Positions 28,105 to 40,128 of a stretch of 64,000 nucleotides of DNA are shown piece by piece. Positions within the stretch are counted from its first letter, which is position 1; the number at the start of each line of letters is the position of its first letter. The notes below the pieces were generated by a model that made no database searches, had not been told where the DNA came from, and saw only the letters and a list, made by a program, of their open reading frames with translations. The DNA lies in contig OZ024741.1 of assembly GCA_964016885.1 (NCBI GenBank), forward strand, positions 307,024,001-307,088,000, given 5' to 3'. Position numbers and translations under genes: made by a program. This DNA comes from Eledone cirrhosa. Lineage: Eukaryota.

Positions 28105-29152
28105 TATTTAGTGGGCTAAAGAGTTTAGCAGAGCGTAAGCACGAGGAAAGTAAGAAATCGGACAATAGTCCGTTAAAACATGTTTATTTAAAACAGCACC
28201 TACGTACGTTTCGCCCAGTTGGGCTTCTCAAGGGCATAAATAATCAAAAGTGTTCCTTACATTGCTCGGAAAGAGTTTTGGGGGTTAAATCCACGTCAAG
28301 GTTCATTGCTCGCAAAAATAGCTTGTTTTCATTTTGCAGCAGGTCAAGGGAGGTAACTCTGGCCGGTGTTACGGCAGTCTTTCCCGGACAAATTTTTTAT
28401 CGGCTACGAGATGAGGTTACAACCTTACCATTGTCGATACGCATGTAATCAACGCTTATTTAAGGCTGGGTCTGGTATGCAGGGATAGTTTCCTGGGTGT
28501 TATTTTGCAGCACCTTCCCGCCGGGGTGTTAAGACTTGTTGCAGGGAGATCCGGTGCATGGTTTCACTCCTCATCCTTAACCCATCTGAAGAAGGATATT
28601 TTTAAGCGATGTGTTAAACTTATCGCTGTTTCAGCTCTGCTGTTGATGAGTTCGTGGGGTGCAGTTATAATGTGGTAGAGCTCCATGAAGCAAAGATGGC
28701 ATTTCCTCTTGAAGTTGTACGTTGCAACCCTGCCGATAATATCCCAGTGCGTGGAGAAGCTGATGTTTAAGTCCTTTAGTGATGTGATGTAGTCCGCAAG
28801 CGAAGTGGGGTGTCTTAGTTTTTTATTTGTGAAAGAGTGTAAATGTGTTCGAAACCTAATTTTGAACGGGCCGGAGGTAGCCTCTATATAATGTTTAACG
28901 CTATTGTGGCTAGTTATAATGCATCTCTATATAACCCTATCAGTCAAGCAGTATCCTCTAAGGGGGCAGCGTCCTCTGTCGCAGCAGTTGCAATTTCTGT
29001 CGCGGTTCCGTCTATTTCCCACGGTAAGGCTATCATTGTTGCTGCCTACGTTGTTACCTACGCTCCCGCAGCTGTTGTTAGCACCATTACAACCCACAGC
29101 ACGCGGGGTGGTGCGATTGTTATTCCGCACGTCATGTCCTGCATGTTCCCAC
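28105..29152 (-). mobile_element. Penelope-like GIY-YIG fragment plus 3' pseudo-LTR
   Basis: [23 protein letters not shown] followed by a degenerate GIY-YIG; colinear with 24374-25170. Confidence 0.72.
28196..28236 (-). ncRNA. Hammerhead-like fold with variant core (CUUGAGAA)
   Basis: Minus strand GCC-CTTGAGAA-GCCC AACT GGGC-GAAA-CGTACGT-A-GGT with palindromic stem III ACGTACGT. Confidence 0.55.
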
Positions 29153-29189
<37 letters not shown>

Positions 29190-29660
29190 CATACATATAC
29201 ATACATATATATACATACATACATGTACATACATACATATATATATACATATATATATATACATACATATATATATATACATATATATATATACATACAT
29301 ATATACATACATATATACATATATACATACATATATACATACATAACTATATACATACATATACATATATATACATATATATACATACTTATATATGTAT
29401 ATACATAAATATACTATACATATATATATACATATAAATACATATATACACATACATATATATGTATATACATACATATACATATATATGTATATAGATA
29501 CATACATATATATATATATTCATATGTATATATATATACATATATATATATATATACATACCTATATATATACATACATACGTATCATCATCCTCACCAT
29601 CATCATCATCATTGTACGGCCGCTTTTCCCTGCTTGCAAGGCTGGGACATATATATATAT

Positions 29661-30260
29661 GGTGGCTGCCAACTCGTTTTCGAGTACGGCCACTACTTTA
29701 TATCCATGTAGAACTCCTACCGATGCGCTCAACGAGTGCGACTTTTTATTCCAGCCAGTAACTTGAAAACTCTGGTACAAACACTACACTTGTGACAATT
29801 ATTGACACATAGTGCTGGGCCCCTGGTACCATGTGACAAGAGCAGAGAGATCTCCAGATACAAAGCAATGCCTGTGCCGTGAAGCTTTTATAGTGAGCAA
29901 AGGCACTGCACAAAGCCAGTCCCACTTTCTTGACCAAGATGATATTTACCAAAAAGAAGAACATGTCAACATCATTGGATACCATCAGAGTTGCAGGTGT
30001 TATATCAGAGTTTTCCTTCTCCTAGAATTCTGCCTTGACAAAGGCTAAGGAGTCATCACTCCCGGTGATTTTGGATGGCCATTGACTCTTAAGAGCTCCA
30101 TTGCCCTTTGACAGGTTTTGTTTTCAGTCCTGCAGGATGTCCAAAGTCACCCTCCTCACCAAGAAACCTTGGTGGGGTTGCCAGTTTAGTCGCCAACGAC
30201 CCGACCATGAGACAGGTTGTACTGGGATACATGTTACCAGTAGCACCAACTGCTGACCTG
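29661..30260 (-). mobile_element. ~600-bp non-autonomous RTE-derived repeat (other copies 28020-28101, 61301-61691, 61764-62369)
   Basis: Four copies share the same 3' end (CTCGAAAACGAG hairpin, one mismatch in two copies). The 3' part encodes a C2H2 relic [11 protein letters not shown]...SH.RSAHR*. Confidence 0.7.
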
Positions 30261-30681
30261 TATATATATATATATATATATATATACATACATATATATA
30301 TATACACATATATATATACATATATATATATACATATATATATATACATAAATATACATATATATACATATATATATACATATATATATATATAAACATA
30401 TATATAAATATATATATACATATATATATACACATATATATATATATATACATATATATATACATATATATTCATATATATATACATATAGATATATATA
30501 CATATATATACATATATATACATATATATATGTATATATATACACATATATATACATATATATACACATATATATACATATATATATACATATATATATA
30601 CACATATATATATGTATATATGTATATATATATATATATATATACATATAGATATATATATATACATATATATATACATAC

Positions 30682-30766
<85 letters not shown>

Positions 30767-30767
30767 A

Positions 30768-31585
30768 AGTATGTACACGTACATACATATATGTATGCAG
30801 ACCCACAGTAGTATGTATATATATATACATACATGCACACATATATATATGTACGTATGGATTCACCGAACATTTATTATAATGCTCGGTGTGTTTGTAA
30901 ACAAACATCCTGTATTAAGCCGTAGTGTCCAGCAACCTTCGTTGCTCGTTTGTTCAACACTGACAAAGGAACGCTGTACTAGTTTCAAGCTTATTAGCTA
31001 TCGTCAGCAACGTATACCTTCCTGCCAGATTGTTGAACATATATACTTACCTTATGCATATTAACGGCTGAGTAGCCCAATTTGCATATCGAGTGGGTTA
31101 ATCGGCCGGGTGCACCGAAAACGATAAACGGAAAAAATGAAACAAAATTTCATTACCCACTCTTAGTACGGCTGTTACTTAAATATAAGTATGTACACGT
31201 ACATACATACATGTATACAGACGTACAGTAGTATGTACATATATATACATACATGCACACATATATATATGTACGTATGGATTCACCGAACATTTACTAT
31301 AATGCTCGGTGTGTTTGTAAACAAACATCCCGTATTAAGCCGTAGTGTCCAGCAACCATCGTTGCTCGTTTGTTCAACATTGACAAAGGAACGCTGTACT
31401 AGTTTCAAGCTTATTAGCTATCGTCATCAACATATACCTTCCTGCCAGATTGTTGAACGTATATGATTACCTTATGCATATGAACGGTGAGCAGCCCAAT
31501 TTGCATATCGAGTGCGTTAATCCACCGGGTGCACCGAAACGATAAATGAAACGAAATTTCCCACTCTTAGTACGGCTGTTACTTA
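30768..31585 (-). mobile_element. Diverged tandem dimer (~420-bp unit) of the hammerhead-bearing repeat family
   Basis: Two units with period 420. Hammerhead at 30971-31013 has an intact CUGACGA core; the one at 31391-31433 is mutated. Octamers at 31080 and 31499. Confidence 0.85.
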
Positions 31586-31608
31586 CATATACATATATAT
31601 ATACGTAT

Positions 31609-31645
<37 letters not shown>

Positions 31646-31686
31646 CATATATATATACATACATATATACATATACATATATATAC

Positions 31687-31848
<162 letters not shown>

Positions 31849-31865
31849 ATCTGTTATTTTAATAA

Positions 31866-31956
<91 letters not shown>

Positions 31957-31982
31957 CATATATATATATACATATATATATG

Positions 31983-32103
<121 letters not shown>

Positions 32104-32180
32104 TGATGGCCGCCAAAAACAACGGTCAATTTTTTAAAGGGGTACGTCAATGTCTATTTATAAAACTGTTATATATTGTA

Positions 32181-32240
32181 TTTTGTCTGATGAAGGCATA
32201 CCGTAATGTAACTTGGTATCCTTGAAATATATATAATGAA
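32181..32240 (+). ncRNA. Hammerhead-like ribozyme in a pseudo-LTR-like fragment (32103-32283)
   Basis: TTTGT-CTGATGA-AGGCATACC...GGTATCCT-T-GAAA-TATATAT-A-ATGAA; second copy at 44390-44447. Stem I is weak. Confidence 0.55.
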
Positions 32241-32303
32241 TTAATATAGTTTTATAAATATAGTTTACATTTATTAATATCGTATATATATACATATATA
32301 TTT

Positions 32304-32340
<37 letters not shown>

Positions 32341-32346
32341 AATATA

Positions 32347-32378
<32 letters not shown>

Positions 32379-32587
32379 CATATAAATATATATACATATA
32401 TAAATATATATACATATATATATATATATATACATATATTCATATATATATATATATATATACAAATACATATATATACACATGTATACATATATATACA
32501 TATATATACATATATATACATATATACATATAAATATACATATACATACATATATATACATATATTTATATATATATACATATTTAC

Positions 32588-32624
<37 letters not shown>

Positions 32625-32694
32625 TATACATATATATATACATATATATATTCATATATATACATATATATATTCATATATATACATATATATA

Positions 32695-34535
32695 TCATCA
32701 TCATCACCGTTTTACGTCCGTTCTTCCACGCTAGCATGGGTTAGACGGGTTGTCCTGTTGTGGGCAGTGCCTGGTCGGCTGACCATGCTTTGCTCATACA
32801 GGAACTGATTTGGCTTGATTTCTACAGCTGGATGCCCTTCCTAACACCAACCTCATTTACAGTGAGTGCTGGGTGCTTTTTCGTGGCGCCTACACGTCCA
32901 CTTTACAGTGTGGGCTGGGTGCTTTTTTGCCGTCGCACCTCCACGACCACCTTGCGGTGGGTGGGGGGCAGGGGGGGGGGGGGCATATTGTCTATATGCT
33001 TCAGCTTGTACCCATGGGAGGTCGGGTACTCTGTATTACTGCGTGACGCAGAAGTCACGGTCGTGTGTCATTGCCTTTGAGAGGTGTAATTGGGTAAGGT
33101 CGGCTTTTATCACCTCATCCCAGGTCATCTTGGGTCCTCCCCACTCCGCAGTTTCCATCAACTTCTAGTGCTCTGCACCTTTTTATGCAGCTGTCATCCT
33201 TCATACGCATCACATGTCCATACCAGCGCAACCGCCTCTCCTGCACACAGCATTTGATTCCTCTTATGCTCAGTCTCTCTCTCTCAATTCATTTATGCTT
33301 TGTCGTTCACGTATATTACTGTTACACATCCATCGGAGCATGCAGGCTTCGTTTCTCTCTAATCTACGTAAGTCTTCCACCTTCAGCGCCCAGGTCTCAC
33401 TACCATGCAACATTGTTGTTCGGATACACGCATCATACAGTCTGCCTTTCATTCTGAGGGAGAAGCCTTTTGTAGCTAGCAGTCGTAGTAGTTCCCTAAA
33501 CTTCTTCCATCCCGTTCTTACCATAGTTATTGTACTTTCTGAACACCCACCTCCGCTGCTAATTCGGTCACCTAGGTAGCAGAAGCTGTCTACTGCTTCT
33601 AGAGCCCTTCCAGAGATTGGTGGTACTTGTTTCCTGTGGCTGTTTGCTGCCTGCTGTCTCAGCACAGCTGCTGCATGTGAAGCCTACATTCTTAATTAAG
33701 CTTCCTGAGATCCCGCTACATCTCTTGTGTACCCATTGTTTGCATTTGGGGCAGAGAATGGAGTTCCTACCTACACCTTTCCTACATACTGAGCAAGGCC
33801 ATTTCCCTGAGGGGATCTGGGTTCTGTTTTCTCGTCTACTTACAAGGACCTTAGTCTTTGTCATGTTGACTTTGAGACCCTTTCTTTCTAGTCCCTGCTT
33901 CCAAGTTTGGAATTTATTCCCTAGTTCTACCATAGATTCAGCTATGAGTGCGAGGTCATCAGCATACAGGAGTTCCCATGGGCATCCGGTCTTAAAGTCC
34001 TCCGTTATTGCCTGCAGGACTATGATGAACAGGAGGGGGCTAAGAACAGAGCCCTGGTGGACCCCAACCTGTACGCTAAATTCCTCGCTATACTCATTGC
34101 TAATCCTAACTTTGCTGACTGCTCCCCTATACATGGCTTGTACCGCTTTCACAAGCCATTCATCTACTTCTAGTTTTCTAAGAGCCCACCAGATTACAGC
34201 ACGTGGAACTCTGTCAAAGGCTTTCTCAAGGTCGACAAATGCCAAGTAGAGTGGCTTACTTTTAGCTAGGTACTTTTCCTGTAACTGCCTCACAAGGAAG
34301 AGGGCATCAGTGGTGCCTCTTCCTGGTACAAACCCAAATTGCATCTCATCTATTTTCACCCGGTCCCTAATCAACTGTGCTATAACTCTTTCTGTTACTT
34401 TCATGACCTGGTTCATCAACTTCATACCTCTATAGTTTCCTCTATCTAGTGCATCGCCTTTACCTTTGTAGCAGTTGACAATGATGCTACTGCACCAATC
34501 TTTTGGTATGACACCTTCTAGTATGACCTGGTTAA
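32695..34535 (-). mobile_element. RTE-clade LINE, 5'-truncated (RT, PHD-like insert, C-terminus, 3' region with (ATG)n tail)
   Basis: [36 protein letters not shown]...[14 protein letters not shown]. Confidence 0.9.
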
Positions 34536-35808
34536 ATATACATATATATATACATATATATATATACATATATATATACATATATATATATACATATATA
34601 TATGTACATATATATACATATATATATACATATATATATACATATATATATACAGATATATATACATATATGTATATACATATATATATATATATATATA
34701 TTTATATACATATATATACATATATATATATACATATATATATACATATATATATATACATATATATACGTATATATGTATATATATATACATATATATA
34801 TACATATATATGTATACATACATATATATATACATATATATATACATGTATATATACATATATATATACATATATATATACGTATATATATATACATATA
34901 TATATATACACATATATATACTTATATATATATACATATATATACGTATATATACATATATATATATACATATATATTTATATATATACATATATATACG
35001 TATATATACATATATATATACATATATATACATATATATTTATATATATACATATATATACATATACATATATATACATATACATACGTATGTATACATA
35101 TATACATATATATAGATACATATATATATACATATATATGCATATACATATATATACATATATATACATATACATATATATACATATACATATATATACA
35201 TATATATACATATATATATATATACATGTATATACATATACATATATATACATATATATCTATATACATATATATATATACACATATACATATATAAACA
35301 TATATATATATATACATATATACACATATACATATATATACATATATATATATATACATATATATACATATATATATACATGTATATACATATACATATA
35401 TATACATATATATATACATGTATATACATATACATATATATACATATACATCTATGTACATATACATATATACATATATATACATATACATATATAGACA
35501 TATATATAAATTGAAACAAAATGAAAACGAAATTTCATTTCTCACTCTTAGTATGGCACTTACTTAAATGTAAGTATGCATGTATACGTACATACATATA
35601 TGTATACAGACGTACAGTAGCACGCACATATATATATATATATACATATATATATACATATGCATACAGGTACACATACATATATGCACGTATCAGTTTA
35701 GCGGCGCTAACGTCGCTTTGTTCGTTTGTAAACAAACTGAACTGCCTGAATTTATGCCATACGGTGTTAAGGCAACCACGTCACCTTTTTGTTCAACACT
35801 GACACAGG

Positions 35809-35853
35809 AACGATGTACTAGTTTCAAGCTTGTTAGCTATCATCAGCACCGTT
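35809..35853 (-). ncRNA. Minimal type I hammerhead ribozyme, first of 9 left-arm copies (starts 35809, 36275, 36741, 37207, 37673, 38139, 38605, 39071, 39537)
   Basis: Reverse complement AACGGTG-CTGATGA-TAGCTAACAAGCTT-GAAA-CTAGT-A-CATCGTT. Confidence 0.88.
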
Positions 35854-38800
35854 TACCCATCTGCCAGATAGTTGAACGTTCGAAAGTATATACTTTCCTT
35901 ATGAAAATTAACGGCTGAGCAGCCTAATTTGCATATTGAGTGAGTTAAATCGGTCAGGCATACCGAAAACGATAAATTGAAACAAAATGAAAACGAAATT
36001 TCATTTCTCACTCTTAGTATGGCACTTACTTAAATGTAAGTATGCATGTATACGTACATACATATATGTATACAGACGTACAGTAGCACGCACATATATA
36101 TATATATATACATATATATATACATATGCATACAGGTACACATACATATATGCACGTATCAGTTTAGCGGCGCTAACGTCGCTTTGTTCGTTTGTAAACA
36201 AACTGAACTGCCTGAATTTATGCCATACGGTGTTAAGGCAACCACGTCACCTTTTTGTTCAACACTGACACAGGAACGATGTACTAGTTTCAAGCTTGTT
36301 AGCTATCATCAGCACCGTTTACCCATCTGCCAGATAGTTGAACGTTCGAAAGTATATACTTTCCTTATGAAAATTAACGGCTGAGCAGCCTAATTTGCAT
36401 ATTGAGTGAGTTAAATCGGTCAGGCATACCGAAAACGATAAATTGAAACAAAATGAAAACGAAATTTCATTTCTCACTCTTAGTATGGCACTTACTTAAA
36501 TGTAAGTATGCATGTATACGTACATACATATATGTATACAGACGTACAGTAGCACGCACATATATATATATATATACATATATATATACATATGCATACA
36601 GGTACACATACATATATGCACGTATCAGTTTAGCGGCGCTAACGTCGCTTTGTTCGTTTGTAAACAAACTGAACTGCCTGAATTTATGCCATACGGTGTT
36701 AAGGCAACCACGTCACCTTTTTGTTCAACACTGACACAGGAACGATGTACTAGTTTCAAGCTTGTTAGCTATCATCAGCACCGTTTACCCATCTGCCAGA
36801 TAGTTGAACGTTCGAAAGTATATACTTTCCTTATGAAAATTAACGGCTGAGCAGCCTAATTTGCATATTGAGTGAGTTAAATCGGTCAGGCATACCGAAA
36901 ACGATAAATTGAAACAAAATGAAAACGAAATTTCATTTCTCACTCTTAGTATGGCACTTACTTAAATGTAAGTATGCATGTATACGTACATACATATATG
37001 TATACAGACGTACAGTAGCACGCACATATATATATATATATACATATATATATACATATGCATACAGGTACACATACATATATGCACGTATCAGTTTAGC
37101 GGCGCTAACGTCGCTTTGTTCGTTTGTAAACAAACTGAACTGCCTGAATTTATGCCATACGGTGTTAAGGCAACCACGTCACCTTTTTGTTCAACACTGA
37201 CACAGGAACGATGTACTAGTTTCAAGCTTGTTAGCTATCATCAGCACCGTTTACCCATCTGCCAGATAGTTGAACGTTCGAAAGTATATACTTTCCTTAT
37301 GAAAATTAACGGCTGAGCAGCCTAATTTGCATATTGAGTGAGTTAAATCGGTCAGGCATACCGAAAACGATAAATTGAAACAAAATGAAAACGAAATTTC
37401 ATTTCTCACTCTTAGTATGGCACTTACTTAAATGTAAGTATGCATGTATACGTACATACATATATGTATACAGACGTACAGTAGCACGCACATATATATA
37501 TATATATACATATATATATACATATGCATACAGGTACACATACATATATGCACGTATCAGTTTAGCGGCGCTAACGTCGCTTTGTTCGTTTGTAAACAAA
37601 CTGAACTGCCTGAATTTATGCCATACGGTGTTAAGGCAACCACGTCACCTTTTTGTTCAACACTGACACAGGAACGATGTACTAGTTTCAAGCTTGTTAG
37701 CTATCATCAGCACCGTTTACCCATCTGCCAGATAGTTGAACGTTCGAAAGTATATACTTTCCTTATGAAAATTAACGGCTGAGCAGCCTAATTTGCATAT
37801 TGAGTGAGTTAAATCGGTCAGGCATACCGAAAACGATAAATTGAAACAAAATGAAAACGAAATTTCATTTCTCACTCTTAGTATGGCACTTACTTAAATG
37901 TAAGTATGCATGTATACGTACATACATATATGTATACAGACGTACAGTAGCACGCACATATATATATATATATACATATATATATACATATGCATACAGG
38001 TACACATACATATATGCACGTATCAGTTTAGCGGCGCTAACGTCGCTTTGTTCGTTTGTAAACAAACTGAACTGCCTGAATTTATGCCATACGGTGTTAA
38101 GGCAACCACGTCACCTTTTTGTTCAACACTGACACAGGAACGATGTACTAGTTTCAAGCTTGTTAGCTATCATCAGCACCGTTTACCCATCTGCCAGATA
38201 GTTGAACGTTCGAAAGTATATACTTTCCTTATGAAAATTAACGGCTGAGCAGCCTAATTTGCATATTGAGTGAGTTAAATCGGTCAGGCATACCGAAAAC
38301 GATAAATTGAAACAAAATGAAAACGAAATTTCATTTCTCACTCTTAGTATGGCACTTACTTAAATGTAAGTATGCATGTATACGTACATACATATATGTA
38401 TACAGACGTACAGTAGCACGCACATATATATATATATATACATATATATATACATATGCATACAGGTACACATACATATATGCACGTATCAGTTTAGCGG
38501 CGCTAACGTCGCTTTGTTCGTTTGTAAACAAACTGAACTGCCTGAATTTATGCCATACGGTGTTAAGGCAACCACGTCACCTTTTTGTTCAACACTGACA
38601 CAGGAACGATGTACTAGTTTCAAGCTTGTTAGCTATCATCAGCACCGTTTACCCATCTGCCAGATAGTTGAACGTTCGAAAGTATATACTTTCCTTATGA
38701 AAATTAACGGCTGAGCAGCCTAATTTGCATATTGAGTGAGTTAAATCGGTCAGGCATACCGAAAACGATAAATTGAAACAAAATGAAAACGAAATTTCAT

Positions 38801-40002
38801 TTCTCACTCTTAGTATGGCACTTACTTAAATGTAAGTATGCATGTATACGTACATACATATATGTATACAGACGTACAGTAGCACGCACATATATATATA
38901 TATATACATATATATATACATATGCATACAGGTACACATACATATATGCACGTATCAGTTTAGCGGCGCTAACGTCGCTTTGTTCGTTTGTAAACAAACT
39001 GAACTGCCTGAATTTATGCCATACGGTGTTAAGGCAACCACGTCACCTTTTTGTTCAACACTGACACAGGAACGATGTACTAGTTTCAAGCTTGTTAGCT
39101 ATCATCAGCACCGTTTACCCATCTGCCAGATAGTTGAACGTTCGAAAGTATATACTTTCCTTATGAAAATTAACGGCTGAGCAGCCTAATTTGCATATTG
39201 AGTGAGTTAAATCGGTCAGGCATACCGAAAACGATAAATTGAAACAAAATGAAAACGAAATTTCATTTCTCACTCTTAGTATGGCACTTACTTAAATGTA
39301 AGTATGCATGTATACGTACATACATATATGTATACAGACGTACAGTAGCACGCACATATATATATATATATACATATATATATACATATGCATACAGGTA
39401 CACATACATATATGCACGTATCAGTTTAGCGGCGCTAACGTCGCTTTGTTCGTTTGTAAACAAACTGAACTGCCTGAATTTATGCCATACGGTGTTAAGG
39501 CAACCACGTCACCTTTTTGTTCAACACTGACACAGGAACGATGTACTAGTTTCAAGCTTGTTAGCTATCATCAGCACCGTTTACCCATCTGCCAGATAGT
39601 TGAACGTTCGAAAGTATATACTTTCCTTATGAAAATTAACGGCTGAGCAGCCTAATTTGCATATTGAGTCAGTGTTGAACAAAAAGGTGACGTGGTTGCC
39701 TTAACACCGTATGGCATAAATTCAGGCAGTTCAGTTTGTTTACAAACGAACAAAGCGACGTTAGCGCCGCTAAACTGATACGTGCATATATGTATGTGTA
39801 CCTGTATGCATATGTATATATATATGTATATATATATATATATGTGCGTGCTACTGTACGTCTGTATACATATATGTATGTACGTATACATGCATACTTA
39901 CATTTAAGTAAGTGCCATACTAAGAGTGAGAAATGAAATTTCGTTTTCATTTTGTTTCAATTTATCGTTTTCGGTATGCCTGACCGATTTAACTCACTCA
40001 AT

Positions 40003-40010
40003 ATGCAAAT
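40003..40010 (+). promoter_or_regulatory. Octamer motif ATGCAAAT, one per unit, 80 nt upstream of the hammerhead core
   Basis: Exact octamer consensus, retained in the diverged copies at 31080, 31499 and 52723. Confidence 0.45.
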
Positions 40011-40083
40011 TAGGCTGCTCAGCCGTTAATTTTCATAAGGAAAGTATATACTTTCGAACGTTCAACTATCTGGCAGATGGGTA

Positions 40084-40128
40084 AACGGTGCTGATGATAG
40101 CTAACAAGCTTGAAACTAGTACATCGTT
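40084..40128 (+). ncRNA. Minimal type I hammerhead ribozyme, first of 5 right-arm copies (starts 40084, 40550, 41016, 41482, 41948)
   Basis: Stem I AACGGTG/CATCGTT, core CUGAUGA at 40091, short AGCT-based stem II, GAAA, palindromic stem III ACTAGT, predicted cleavage after GUA at 40121. Confidence 0.88.
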
